64,000 nucleotides of DNA from Heteronotia binoei (taxonomy: Eukaryota), in contig NC_083227.1 of assembly GCF_032191835.1 (NCBI RefSeq), positions 113,150,001-113,214,000 of the forward strand. Direction: 5' to 3'. Position 1 is the first letter of the stretch; every line of letters begins with the position of its first letter. The position numbers and the translations under genes were made by a program. Shown in pieces: positions 13,201 through 26,305 of the stretch. Below the pieces are notes generated by a model. The model worked only from the letters and a program-made list of their open reading frames with translations, was not told where the DNA came from and made no database searches.

Positions 13201-13417
13201 GTGTGCTAGGCAGTAGTGGAGATATGTGTTTGCTTTGAGCTAATGGGATCTGAGAAATGAATTTTGCTTTCCTGTGGTTTTTCCTTCTCAGGACTTGGGA
13301 GCAGCTGCAGGTACAAAACGCCCAACCTGTGTGATCATGATCAAGCCACATGAAGAATACCAAGAAACTTATGATGAGTGCTTGGAAGAGGTGGAGGCTC
13401 TTCCTCTCCCCTTGTGA
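10212..13417 (+). CDS. NHP2: H/ACA ribonucleoprotein complex subunit 2 (L7Ae family), complete, 4 exons, 150 aa
   Basis: Exons 10212-10362, 10498-10567, 11468-11573, 13292-13417 (453 nt, ends TGA). Motifs RKLTRRLYKCVKKA, QIRRGVKEVQKFINKGEKG, VLAGDTLPIDVYSHIPIMCEDRNLPYVYIPSK and DLGAAAGTKRPTCVIMIKPHEEYQETYDECLEEV. Confidence 0.97.
11870..12015 (+). mobile_element. L2 3'-tail fragment in NHP2 intron 3
   Basis: gttagccgccctgagcccgtcaggggagggtgggatataaa(cataataaat) tail, shared with the other L2 copies in the window. Confidence 0.7.
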
Positions 13418-13809
13418 GGAACACTGAAGGAAGATGCTGTTAGGACTGACTTGACTGTCCCTTACTTGTACCATCTCTGCAAGTGAGATAGTAGCTGAAT
13501 ATTGATTTTAAAACTATGGATACAGAAGCTGGCTTTGTTTTTTTGTTGCCTTTATGAAGAGTACTGGAGATGGCCACTTAAAATCTTAAAAGGCAGACTA
13601 ATCACTGGCTTGAAAACATTTTCTATAGTGAGTGGTGTGTGTTATTTTGCACAATGGAAGTTTAGCATCCCATTATAAAACCTGTTGTGCTCGTTTTGGG
13701 AGTCCAATGCAATTAAAGTATTTGTACTATTTCTAAATGTTTTTCAGTGTCTAATTGAACAGATTATGCCCTATGTTAATTAGGTGTGTCTTCAGTAACT
13801 GCTCACCCT

Positions 13810-13828
13810 CTGCCAGCAGATGGCTTAA
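13810..13828 (+). promoter_or_regulatory. CTCF-like motif CTGCCAGCAGATGGCTTAA
   Basis: Matches the CTCF core CCASYAGRKGGC; lies between convergent NHP2 and RMND5B. Confidence 0.45.
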
Positions 13829-14061
13829 TATAATGACCTGTGTGAACTAATCTTGATAGTTTGAAAGACTAAAATTGCATCCAGTACTTGCATTTTGCTT
13901 TGTAAGGTACAGGACTATTTAACGCAAGCAACAAAATGCTGCACTACAGAAAAGTATCTACTGGCTTTTACCATACCTCCATGTTGAACGGCTTTTCCTT
14001 CCTTACAATGATTGCCAGTTTGCCCTAGAGGAGATTTCTTACTAGTTCTGAGTATAGTAAC

Positions 14062-14102
14062 AATAAAATCACCCATGAAGTCAATTTGAAAAGAAGTTTA
14101 TT
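14062..14102. terminator. Opposed polyadenylation signals: AATAAA (+) 14062-14067 and AATAAA (-) 14097-14102
   Basis: Hexamers seen directly between the convergent NHP2 and RMND5B stops. An ATTAAA (+) at 13712-13717 is an alternative for NHP2. Usage is unverified. Confidence 0.4.
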
Positions 14103-15824
14103 TAGATGTTTTCTTTGCCATCCTTCTGTAGGTGTGGCAGTTAGGGTGTCCCAAACAGAAGGTAGAAGGAAAAAACAATAATCTTAAGATTACATGCAGT
14201 GGGACAAAACTCTGTAAAATCAACAGGCCACAACTCAAATGTCAGAAAAACCATACAATACCCTTGGTAAATATATCCTTCTCAAGGCCTGTCGTGAGTA
14301 ATCTTTCCCACAGCTATAGCTGTGTAGTTTGTAGGAACTGGCTCTCACATAATCATGACTGTTTTTAAGTTAAACAGCTTGGCTCTTGTCTGTGGGATCC
14401 TTTCTAAAGTATTTGTATGTACTGTCCTATTAGCGGTTTTCTCCAGACAGGCCCAGCTCTGGAGTCCTATTTTATAAAACTATCACATCAAGCATTTTCC
14501 CAGGCAAGTGGCAGATGAAGGTGTCTACTACTGCCAATGCTTCTGTCAGTGGTTCCAGCATTTTGCCCAGTTCTTAAAGAGAGTTTCACAAAACAATGTG
14601 CTATCAGCATTCTACCTCTAGATGAGGTTAAAAGGCCTCTTCCACTTTTGTCTATATACAAATTAACACACTACTGAGCCTTTTTATCGTTGCTTCAAAT
14701 GTTTTTTTCTGTTAAGCTACAGAATTACTTGGAATTGAATTGCTGACATAATTCATTATGAGAAGGAAAGGATTGCTTTTTATCTTTCATATATCCATTA
14801 AATTAAGTATTCTAGTGACTGCTACACCAGATTTCACATCCTGTAGTTCTTCCTTCTGTTATGAAATTCCTTGCACTTACGTAAGAGCAGGAAAACTAAG
14901 GAAGGGTTTCATACCTGCTGATAATACATAGTTAGAAGCCAACTCATACCTTTCAGTAAAGGTAGAAACCCCTTTGTGTTGGTCTCCCATCCTTTATAAT
15001 TAGTATAAACAGGAGACCATCACAAGAGGGTTTCTACATTTATTGAAATATACAAGGTGAGTTCTAAATATGTATTATCAGCAGGTACGAGACCCATCCT
15101 TAACAGTTTTCTTGCTCTTATCTATATGCAAAGAGTTAGATAGCAGGAGGCATTCAGTAACAATGTACCCTTCACATCTAGGCCAAAAGGCTGCACTTTG
15201 GGCCAATTGCCATGCTCAAAAGTTTCACAGAGATCATCTTTGTTAGTGTCTCAGTTGTTGCTCTTTTCTCCTCTGCCATGTACTTTAGAACTTAGTACTG
15301 ATCTTCTTAGGAAAGTTTTTAAAATGTCTTTTAACTTAAGAGGTTTTAGGCCTCAGTTTTTTAAAAAAAGCATACAACTTTTCTCCTTACTGATCAAAAC
15401 AAGATGACAGAGGTTTATTTCTAAGGTATGTGACAGAAGCAGCTCTTCATCAATTCATTGTTGAACTAACCCCAATGCGAATAGATCGGTGCATGGGAAA
15501 AGGGCAGAATATCTTGGTAGGAAGCAGCTGGCTGTTCAGCTAAGCCCTCCATGAAGACGCCTAGGAGTGGAAAAAACGGTGCCATGTGTACACAATGAGT
15601 TGTCATAGTTTACAGCACCCATAAAGAAACCACTCTTCCTCTGACCTAGGAAGCTGCTGTTCTGCCTCACTGAGCAAGCAGCAACTTTTAGGACTACAGC
15701 AGTTAGTGCAGCAGGCCAACATGAACTCCTGCAGGCACATAAGACTTCCCTATCAAGCCCTGTCCCCAAAGGTGCTTATTCCCACTGTCCATTTCCCCAA
15801 CAGCACCTCCAAGACATGTCATTA

Positions 15825-18800
15825 TCAAAAGATGAGGCGTTTCCCATCAGCTGGGTTTTGTTCCATAGGGCAATATGGACATTTCAGCCTGCAGAAAAGG
15901 TACAAAGCAAAGATTAGAAAAAGAAGCTCTTTATGCTGGCCAGTGTTATACAAGAGTATCCCTACGAAGAAACTGGGGAGAGACGCCCTTCCTGTGGCCT
16001 CCCCATGATTGACCAGCAAATCCTATTTCCACAGTTCCATTACATACTTTTCTTGCCTCTGGGTTGGTAAGAAGAAGGCTAATTTGGCCCTGGGGGTTCG
16101 AGGTGTCGATGCCTCCCTTAGCAACTACAGGAGGCAATGCAAGGGGTTCTCTCTATAGTTCTACAGGTATCAGTGCTAGGGGTTCTCTCTACAGCTGGTA
16201 TGGTGATACCCAGCAGAGGGCAGCAGACAGTGCTGCTGAAGTATACTGGTGATCCCAAGAACTTGAATAAAGGTGAGGAATTTGACTTTCTACATCCTTC
16301 TAGGGGATCTGAGTAGCCTATGGTATCTCTCAGTGTGGTTATAGAACAGCTTGGTGATTGTTTAGTAGCATGGTATCTGATTTTTAGACGGGTTTATCAC
16401 CCAAAAATTCTCAAGAACTCCTGACAAAAACAAGCATCACTCACTTCCCTCCATTGATGAGTTTGTTGAGAGCATCTCGAGAGATAACATGTCCACAGAT
16501 GAGCTTAATGGGTGGGTTGGAATCTGTTGTCTGCTGTCGCAAGATAGGGCACGCAAAGACTGAATGATACCAGCACTTCATCCCCAACTCAATCTCAATC
16601 TATCAAGAGTAACAGAATAATCAGCCCCTTCATAGCTTCTTCCTCAAGGAATTCCCCACCTACAACCCACAGCTCCTCCATCACAACACTCCCAGAATGG
16701 GTCAGGCACTCACAGGTAGCTCATCCTTGTGGCTCCAGACACCTGTGCACTGTCTCTGCTCAATTACAGCCTTGATGTTCATCAGCACTGGTAGTGCTAC
16801 ACAACCTGCAGCAAAGCTGCAGAGAGAAAAAGAGCTCAGCACTGCCCAGTCCTGGTCCCCATCCCACTCATATCAGGCTTTACCTGACACTCAGGGGAGA
16901 CTCCACTGAGAGGCCCAATAGGGCACAGGCATCACGAGTGAAAGTCTCACAAATCTCAGTCCAGTGGCTGTCATCAAGCAGGTGCCTATATGGAGAGTTC
17001 TTTAGGCCCAGGCGTAGGTATACCAGACTGCCCATCATCACCTGAATCTCTAGGTAGCAAGACACAGGAAGCACCACTCACATTAACATGCTCTTATTAA
17101 CACAATACTTTGTCCTGTCCTGTGATCAAATCAGTTTCAAGCCTATATTTCCCTTGTTTTCACGCAAGGGAATGTCACATCTTTCTCTACTAAATAACTC
17201 TTCAGTGCCAAAGGTCTCCCCTCTAAAGGACAAACCTGGTATTTGACTCCACTGGACTTGGACTTGGTAAGGTCCAGAGAAATTTTGCCCATCACAACTC
17301 CTGATGAGAAAAGCTGAGATAATCTTTCCCACGAGGAAATCCTGGCAGGAAAGATGAATCCCTCCCAAGATCGCCTCTCCGAGAGGCAAGTGCCAGAGTA
17401 GGCTTCCAAACAACCTCACCTTGCTGGTGTAGGTGAGCAAAAGGCTGGAAATGGCGTGCATAGCTCAGGGCCTCTAGCTCCTTGCCTGGGCCACCAGCAA
17501 GAAGCCTGATGAAGTGGAGCCGATGTAGCCGGAACTCCAGAGAGCTGTTCAGTTCTGCCAGCTGCTGTCTGTGGAAGATTGCCCAACTGGGCAAAGGACA
17601 TCCCTTCTTAGTACCAGAGACAGAACGTGATGGAGCAGTTGTCATAGAAAAAGGATACACTTCAAATCACATATTTACAGAGAAGCCTTGGGGGGGAGAC
17701 AGAGAATATTAGCAATGTCCTCTTCATTATCTAGACTCACAAAGCTTGCAGAAAGACAAGGGCAGAGACCAAGAACAGTATTCACTATCAAGTATAAATA
17801 TATTTTGGACCTTGTGGAAGGGACAGAATCAGTGGGAGAAAGGCAAGCAGAAATTCTCAATGCATGTACAAGGACAAAGAGAAGTAACGAGCCCCCTAGA
17901 GATTTAGTTCCTAGGAACAAGCTATGGGTTGGGGCCAGACTCATTTTTCACATGTGCAAGCAATTCCACCCACAGAACATGATTTTCATGTAGGGAGAGG
18001 AAGGAAAGTCATGCTTCTCAGGAGAAATTCTTGCTTTGCCAAAGACGTTAGATTGGATCCAGCCCTTTTCAAGGATCCTTGTCCTGAAGCATATGCTCTA
18101 CTCAACCACCATCTTTTCAGGAAATATAGAAGGGGAAACAATCCTATGGAAAAAAAACTATACACAAAGGCTTCACTCTTACCTCAAGGCTGGATCCAGG
18201 TCTTGTTTGTGTAGAGCTTCTAGTATGCTGTTAAGTTCAAGAAATGGCTTTTTGAAATCTATATCTACATTCATGGTGGACTCCTGCAGACAGAAAATCG
18301 AAAAGTTGAATGGGACCACATTCCAGTTTCTCAAAGCAGCAGAGAATGCAATAAGGAAACAGAAATATTCTCAGAGTGAGTTTCAAGTTCCCAGCTTTGC
18401 AGGCAGGATGGAAGAAGTCAGCAGTACATCATAATAAAACCAGTTAGCAGGGTCAGATTGCTGTTTCCCTTGCATATGAAGGCAAGAAACAAAAATGTCT
18501 AGATCAAAGAACTCTGTGTCAGTGCCAAGTAATGGTCAACAGCAGAGAAAAAAATGCAAAGCTGTGATTATCAGCTCAGCATACTGCAGTAAGGGCTATT
18601 TGCACTTGTACTTCCTTTAATCCCAGTACCTGACACAGCTCCTCAGCCACTCCAAGCATCCCTTGTTGATAAAGGTGTTCTATAATGGCCAATACCAGGA
18701 TCTGCTTCTCTTGGGATTCCCAGACCATTGCAGGAACAATGCCACACAAATCTGCATCAAAATTCTGTAACAAAGGAGGGGAGAAATAGCCATTCCAGAG

Positions 18801-21800
18801 TGCTATCAGGAAGCCCCACTAGCCATCAATTTTCCAACCCCCAAAGCATACATGCGGGACATTTTTTTTCAGTGCTTCCCCCCTCCCCATGTAACAATGA
18901 ATGGATGGCACTGTCAATACAAGACGGACCAAGCTTGGCAATTTCAAAGTTGCAATGAATGGTTTTCATGTGATTATTCCTATGAATTCTGTACTATATG
19001 TTTGTTTTATCATTTTGTAAATGGGAAAGGGGCAGTAACAAAGCCACAACTATGTACAACAACCTAAATAGAAATCAAGTTATTAATTCACCTGATTGGT
19101 TTTAATTTGACTGGCACAGCTAAAGTATGTGTCTCTCCCACATGACAGAAAGGATATTATAATCTCCAGTCTGATATAAACTAACAAGTAGTGCAAGTGA
19201 TGCTATAGAGAACAGTGAAACTAAGGTGCCCCAGTGACCTCCATGAATGACAGTTAAATACTGCGGAAGTAAATGGACAACTATGTCCACAGCATAACAT
19301 GCACTATACTTTGGGTGTGCTAAAATTACTGTGTGAACAGTTTTCACTGCCTTTAGTTTCACTCCCCACCCCCAAAAATATAAATAATGTAAGGGGAGTA
19401 TATGCTATAATGTGCTTGAATTTTGTCAAGTACTTTTCCAAAAAAATAAGTTTCCACATGAAGTTTTCAATTTGTTTATGTATAAATCAAAATATACATG
19501 CTAAATCACATCACACACCGCTTAAGGCTTGGAAAATTTTCCCGGTTCAAATTTTTCTGGAAAAAAATTGACACTTGCACAAAACAACTACCTACTTCCT
19601 ACCAGCATTGAGTTGTGCTCTTTTACTGGCCAAAATCACAGCTTAGAGCACGGGTGGCCAAACTTGCTTAATGTAAGAGCCACATAGAATAAATGTCAGA
19701 TGTTTGAAAGATATGAATGTCAGATGTTTGAAAATCACAAATAGATGGGTGAAGAGAGAGTTGGAAAGAAAGCAACTTTAACTTTAAATGCATTCTCCAA
19801 ACCAGCCAATGGGGTGGCAGGGGGCTTCAAGAGCCACACAATGTGTGTAAAAGAGCCACATGTGGCTTCTGAGTCACAGTTTGGCTACCCCTGGCTTAAA
19901 GTAAAAATAGGGCAGGCTAAGAGACTACCACAGTGACTGCATGAGCTGCCTATGCATCTGAGCTTTCATTTAAAAATACAAGAGTCTAGTCAAACTTCCT
20001 GTGAAAAAAGTAAAAAAAATAGATTTATAAACAGAATGTGGTTATCATTTACTGTCTAAGAAAAAAATGGCACTTTTATTACATGGTTTATTTTATGTTT
20101 CATTGTATTATTTATAAATCTCATCATCCATCTCAACTCTCAGCAAAAGTAGACTATAAACAAAGTGAATACAAGTATTTAAAATGTACACAGACAGACC
20201 TTTTTCTCAGCAAAGGTCCCAGTACACAGGTCCCAGTACCAGGGCACCAACAACTTTCCCGGTGCCCATCAAATGTTTTTTAAAAACTGGGCAGGGACAG
20301 ATATGGGTTTTGCCCACTTGGGCTTCTAATTGGCCAATGGACATTTGATCGTCTGTGCAGACTTTTTATAAAGTTGCTTTAGAAACAGTTGTCACCACAG
20401 CACTAGGATCTTCACTGTGTGACTGAAGGTAAGTTGTGTGTAAGCAAGAAAACAGTCGAAAACCCCTATGCTCATTTTAAAGGGAATCCTGTTAAACAGA
20501 CCTGCCTGAGAGATATGCATGGCCCTACTCCCCTGATATTTTGTGGTTGGCTCTGCCTCTTGCAGAAACCATTTTGTGGTTGCGCTCACCGCAGTATGTC
20601 AGTATTTCAAAGGTGCCCACAGGGTCAAAAATGGCAAGAACCCCTGGTCTAGTAAATCCGCATTGTTCTTAACTCATATTTCACAGTCTCCCAAAATCCC
20701 TGGTATTGAAACACAGTTTAAGTGAAGGGTAGTGGAGATGCAAAACTTGTTCAAGTAATCCAAAGCACACAGAATTACAAACTCCAGTTTAGATAATCTG
20801 ATTTCTGGGAATAAATTATAAAATAATATGGAAGAAGATACAAAAAAAATTAAATCAATGGAATAATTAGTATTTGAGTATACTAGGGAAGATTAGGGCA
20901 CTTAAAATGTTTATAATACTTAAGATGATGTATTTGTTTCAGGTACTTTCAGAATGGGTATCTAAGAAAAAGTTAGCAATGTGGGATAAGGCATTAAAAA
21001 TTTGGCTTTTTGGGAAGAAACAAGCTAGAACACCAAGGAAAGTGATATATTTGTCAAAGGAAGATTTAAGTTGGGGTATGCCACAGTTAGAAGGATATTA
21101 TGAAGCCTTTCAAATAAATATGTTGTTGGAATTGGATGGTAAAAGTAAGGATAAATGGGTCCAATGGGAAGATTATATAGGGTGGTGATTGGGGGAGAAC
21201 TGTCCCAGAGGCGTCCACTTAATTGGGGGGTACCTCAGGGGGCGGTCCTCTCCCTGATGTTGTTCAACATCTACATGTGCCCCCTTGCCCAGAGGAATGG
21301 GCTGGGTTGTCACCAGTATGCTGATGACACCCAGCGCTATCTGCTAATGGATGGCCAGCCTGGTGATGTCCCAGAAAATCTGGACCTAGCGCTGCAAGCC
21401 ACGGCAGGTTGGCTCAGGCTGAGTAGATTGAAGTTGAATCCAGCAAAGACAGAGGTCCTTTGCCTGAGCCGTGGCGGCCTGGGAAGGGAGATTCCCCCTA
21501 CCAGTTTTTGATGGTGCGCCATTGGAAACAGCACGCAAGGTCAAGAGCTTGGGGGTGCTACCGGAGCCTTCCTTGTCAATGGAGGCCCAGATAGCAGCCA
21601 CTGCTAAATCTGCCTTTTTTCATCTTAGGTGGGCGAGGCAGTTGGCTCCCTTCCTGGAGCATGATGATCTGGCAACAGTGATCCATGCAACGGTCACCTC
21701 GAGGTTAGACTACTGTAATGCCCTGTGCATGGGGCTGCCCCTGTGCCGAACCTGGAAACTGCAGATAGTGTTACTGGGACTCCCTAAGTGGGAGCACATA

Positions 21801-24800
21801 CAGTCGAGGCTACAGGAACTGCACTGGCTGCCAATTGTGTACAGGATTCATTACTGGTTATTACCTTTAAAGCCCTATATAGCCGAGGACCTGCCTACCT
21901 TAGGGACTGTCTCTCCCCATATGTTCCCCAGAGGGTACTGAGATCCGGCTCGCAAAATCTTTTGACAATCCCTGGGCCGAAGGAGGCCAAACTGAAAGTT
22001 ACGAGAGAAAGGGCCTTTTTGATCACAGCTCCCAACTGGTGAAACCAATTACCAGAAGAGGTGCGAGCCTTGCGGAGCCTTAACCAGTTCCGCAGGGCCT
22101 GCAAGACTACCCTCTTTCAGCTGGCTTTTTCTTAATGTGGAATTTATTGGACCGTCATCACGTAAAATTGTGTCAAGATGAGTAACATTGAGATTGTAGC
22201 ACCGAATTAATTTGTTGGTTTTAAATTTTATTTTTTAATTAGATGGCTTTAATGTAATAGTATATTTTAATTGCATAATACAATTGCTATGTAACTAGTG
22301 TATTTTTATTATTGTAATGTCTGTATTTTATGCCATGTAAGCTGCCCTGAGCCTGCTTCCGCAGGGAGGGCGGGATATAAATTAAAAATTATTATTATTA
22401 TATAAATAGAGGAGCAGGCAGATTTGGAATATTTACACAAGGATTAAAGGAGGAGATTGGGAATACAATAGACCCAAGACAAACAGCATTAAAAATATGG
22501 GGGTGGGGAAGCAGGTTAAGTGGATGCCTCCACTTTCAAAGTGGGTCCCACTTGAATCACTAAATGAGGAATTTAAAAATTTTGAGGCAACTTTTTGGAA
22601 GGAGCTAAAGGGAAACGACCTATGGAAAGTGAATGATATGTATAATGCTCAAGGGTCTTTTGCCAAAATTTAATCACCTTAGAACACTCCCACCAAAGAT
22701 GTGCATAATATCTCTTTTCCTTTTTCACAGTGCCAACAATCGGATGTCATTCCCTTGATCATATAAGATAGTTGGAGATGGAGATGATATAAGAAATGGA
22801 GATGAAATTAATTTTGAAACGGTATAGGATGCCTGCTCAACTATCTTATATGATCAAGGGAATGACATCCGATTGTTGGCACTGTAAAAAAGGAAAAGGG
22901 ATATTATGCACATCTTTGATGGGAGTGTTCTAAGGTGATTAAATTTTGGCAAAAGATTTTGGAAAAGGTGGAGGAAGTATATAAGGTTAAAGTGGAGTTA
23001 TCAGGGAAAGTGTTATTTATGGTAATATTGGGGAAATATAAAACAGATAAATCCTATCAGGATGTACTTAAAGCTATGATTTTATCTGTCCATGCGGTTA
23101 TAGCATTTGGCTGGAAAGATAATACAAAATGGACTATAGGCAGATGGAATGGTTATTTATATGAATGGGTACAGTCAGACATATTAATGATATTAAAACA
23201 AGAAAAGCTAGGTGAGGATAAGATTGAGGAAGTTAAGAAGAGATGGTTTGAGTATATAAAATGGGTAAAAGCAGGGGGGGCCTATCTGAAGGACCGTCTC
23301 TCCCCATACGAGCCCCAAAGAGCACTGAGGTCAGCAGGGAAGAACAAGCTGACTGTCCCTGGGCCAAGGGAGGCGAAATTACAGAGCACTTGGGCACGGG
23401 CCTTCTCCGTGGCAGCCCCGTGCCTGTGGAATCAGCTCCCGGAGGAGGTGCGGGCCCTGCGGAGCCTAGACCAATCCGCAGGGCCTGCAAGACCATCCTC
23501 TTTAGGCAGGCCTTCCTAGACTGCTGACAAAGGATGGTCCAACGGATGATCCAACAAAGTAACTCTTTAGTGATCCTTGCCATTATATAAATATGTAAAT
23601 GGATAAATAGCGCCCGGAACATCTCTGCTGCTGTTAAATTATAAATTATATAAACTGGATTAGTCTTAAAATATGTATTTAACTATGTATAATTTTAATG
23701 TCATTTTTAATTATTGTATTCTGTATAATGTTTTATTGAATGTTGTTAGCCACCCTGAGCCTGCCTAGGCGGGGAGGGCGGGATAGAAATAAAATTTAAT
23801 AATAATAATAATATTGGTTAAACTCCAAAAGGTGTGCTTATGGTTACAGATATAAAGTAAGGAATTATTGCTGGTTGTTTTGAGGGGGAGGGAAATAAAA
23901 AGGGAGGTGGAAACAGAAGCATTTGATGTATCGAGGTATATATGTTATTTATTGTCTGAGTTACTTGGAAGCAGGATCAAATTCTTCAATAAACTATTTG
24001 TTTCATTTTTTAAAAAAAGATAATCTGATTTCTTGGAACAAAATCTGATATTCCCTCATGCAGAATTCTAGATTTCTGTGTAATACATATGAGCAGGGCT
24101 TTTTTTTTTTTTTTTTAGCAGGAACGCACAGGAACGCAGTTTTGGCTGGCTTGGCATCAGGGGGTGTGGCCTAATATGCAAATGAGTTTCTGCTGGGCTT
24201 TTTCTGAAAAAAAGCCATATGCTAAACAATGGTGATGTCAGGGTGTGTGGCCTAATATGAAAATGAGTTCCTGCTGGGCTTTTTCTACAAAAAAGGCCCT
24301 GCATATGAGGAAAGCCACTAGTTTTGAAACCTAGCAGAGCATCTTTCTGCCTGCACAACAGTAGGCTACTCTGAAGTGTGGGTGTTACCAAAACAAAAAA
24401 TAATGAGATGAGAAGATAAGCACTGCACCCATTCTTGGTGGCCAGTTCTTTGCAAATGAGCACCATGTTGCATGACTAAAAATAAGGTTACATTTCCTTC
24501 TAAAAACCTAACTGTACAATAACCAATTTGAAATGCCTTGGTTCTCATCTTCTTGAAACCCAAATCTTAACTGATTGAGATACTCACTCGGTCAATTGCC
24601 TTGCCCACCCGAGAAATGCTGCTATGAATGTCTTTGTGATCTGAAGCTAGATTCTGCACAGTGTCCTTGATCTTCTTACAACACTGGGACATTACCAGGG
24701 ACAGCGTGGCAGATAGTGGTGTCCGTTGTAAGGCTGCAGTAGGCGAAAGCATTGATACTTTAAGTGCTGATACAGTTTACAGGTCCTTGCAATAAAAAGC

Positions 24801-26305
24801 TTCCTTGCCCACTACTTCCATCTGAAAACAGCTTGGTACATCAGTAACCAAAATCTTTTCCCAGATGTTACGAGTAACTTAGATTCAACAGGACTAGATC
24901 CAATGTTTTAGGGAATTAGGAAACATTTCCCCCCACAGTCTCTATAAAGCAAGAGTGGAACTAATTCTAAAAATCTTACTACTCACAAATTAATAATAAA
25001 TATCAGTCAGAATACAACACATGTAGAAGAATATCCCAAACAGGCAGGAGACATATTTCCTGTCTTTCTCTAATCTGCTAGTAGGAGAAAGATCAAAGAT
25101 GGGAAGAAAACTGCTTCAGACTCCTGCAACACTCCAAATCAGCCTACTATTTAAGACAACTCTTCCCAAGCCTTGCTGTCTGTGTCCCCACCTGTAGAGG
25201 TGAGGATAGTGAAGAACATAGGCAGGGCTTTTTCATTGTTGGCTCTTCACCTTTGGAATGCCTTCCACTTTGAGGATTGCCTGGCATCTGCTTTTCTGTC
25301 CTTTAAGCGAGAATTCAAAACAGAGAATTCAAAACAGAGGCCTTTTAAATGAGGGTTTGCATCTTTTCAGCTGTGCTTATGGTCTGTTTCTAAGCCGAGA
25401 ACTGTTTTGTGACTATCATTTTAGGCCTCCGAATGCTGTTTCATGCTGTTTTATGGATTATTCATATTTTGAATAGAAAATATGCATAAATATGAGGTGC
25501 TGTTTTTGAGCCACCTCAACCAGGCCTGTGGAGCAGCAGCATATTATATGTTTTCTAAATAAACAATATCTTCAAGGCCAAACTATTTGAGGCTTGTGCA
25601 GCAGCCAAGTGCTAAGCATTTCCAAATCAGGCCAGATTTCCAAGGCCATCACTCCCAATGATTCAAGAGCACTGGGATTTCTTTTAATATGGGGCAACAC
25701 TTTCAGCAACCTTTTAAAAGAAAGTGAGATCACGGATTGATTTTTTTTTCTTTGTTGGCTTTGAAAAAAGCATTCTAGGGAGGCTGCTCTCTCTCTCACT
25801 TCATAAGATTTTTGCTGTCTTCCACCTGCATTATATTGACTTGCAAAAAGGACACATTTCAATGAGAGTTGCGCATAGAGATTGGCCCTTAAGACTGTAC
25901 ACTCTTAAGCATCTGAAAGGGTTGCCAACACACCTGGAGAAAAATGTCCTGTCCGTTTATTAGGGGCTTAATTGTGGAAATGGACAGTTGAAACTTTTTT
26001 TGTCATGGAGATCAATAACAGCATCTAGTAATTAACATTCCGCTATGCCTCGATTAAAAGCACAGGACACTTTTTTCTCCTCAGGCAGCTGGCACGCTTG
26101 TTCTTTTCAATCTCTCCCGCCTCGTCGTTGCCTCCGGACGGGCGGGGAGAGACGGCCCACACGTACCTGCAGTGCTCAGCTCCGCCCTCAATTGGCTGAC
26201 GTAAACCAGCAGCTCCTCCAGGCCTCGCTCGCAATGCTGGCCGTAGCAAAGGAACTTCTGCAGCACTTTGTCCAGCTCCCTCTCCACGCAGGCGCACCGC
26301 TCCAT
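15825..26305 (-). CDS. RMND5B: E3 ubiquitin ligase RMND5B (CTLH/GID complex RING subunit), complete, 9 coding exons, 391 aa
   Basis: Exons (minus): 26305-26167, 24733-24588, 18764-18630, 18283-18183, 17586-17420, 17049-16884, 16816-16714, 16599-16445, 15888-15825 (1176 nt, all GT-AG). Starts [18 protein letters not shown]; contains LisH/CTLH-type segments and the C-terminal RING-like [12 protein letters not shown]...[40 protein letters not shown]. Synteny with NHP2 and N4BP3 supports the B paralogue. Confidence 0.96.
19649..19893. mobile_element. hAT-type MITE, 8-bp TSD gcttagag/gcttaaag
   Basis: TIR cacgggtggccaaac...gtttggctacccctg. Same family as 43656-43967 in the opposite orientation. 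Confidence 0.8.
21181..22400 (+). mobile_element. L2 LINE, 5'-truncated, nested in L1
   Basis: [36 protein letters not shown]; tail ccctgagcctgcttccgcagggagggcgggatataa(att)n. Confidence 0.9.
23272..23810 (+). mobile_element. L2 LINE short 3' fragment, nested in L1
   Basis: [18 protein letters not shown]...[19 protein letters not shown]; tail gggagggcgggatagaaataaaattt(aat)n. Confidence 0.88.
24094..24301. mobile_element. hAT MITE with perfect 8-bp TSD catatgag and an internal tandem duplication
   Basis: Ends cagggcttttt...aaaaaggccctg; TSD at 24086-24093 and 24302-24309. Confidence 0.85.
25140..25565 (+). mobile_element. Old L2-like 3' fragment
   Basis: agggctttttcattgttggctc...tggaatgccttcc and a degraded tail (gagccacctcaacc...aaataaa). 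Confidence 0.5.

Larger units (their letters stand above)
20700..24010 (+). mobile_element. L1/Tx1-like LINE ORF2 3' part, split by two L2 insertions (L1 pieces ~20700-21180, 22401-23271, 23811-24010)
   Basis: [30 protein letters not shown], and the C-terminal cysteine-rich region (CWHCKK...H..WEC..VIKFWQ) typical of L1-clade ORF2. Confidence 0.7.

Noticed and set aside
16130-16200. Short direct repeats (also 25310, 20215, 47190) as a CRISPR-like array
   Set aside because: Only two units each with no spacer periodicity; ordinary slippage duplications in a eukaryotic genome.
22935-23519. 194-aa ORF as a novel protein
   Set aside because: Chance in-frame fusion of an L1 ORF2 C-terminus with an inserted L2 fragment at ~23272; no promoter or splice support.
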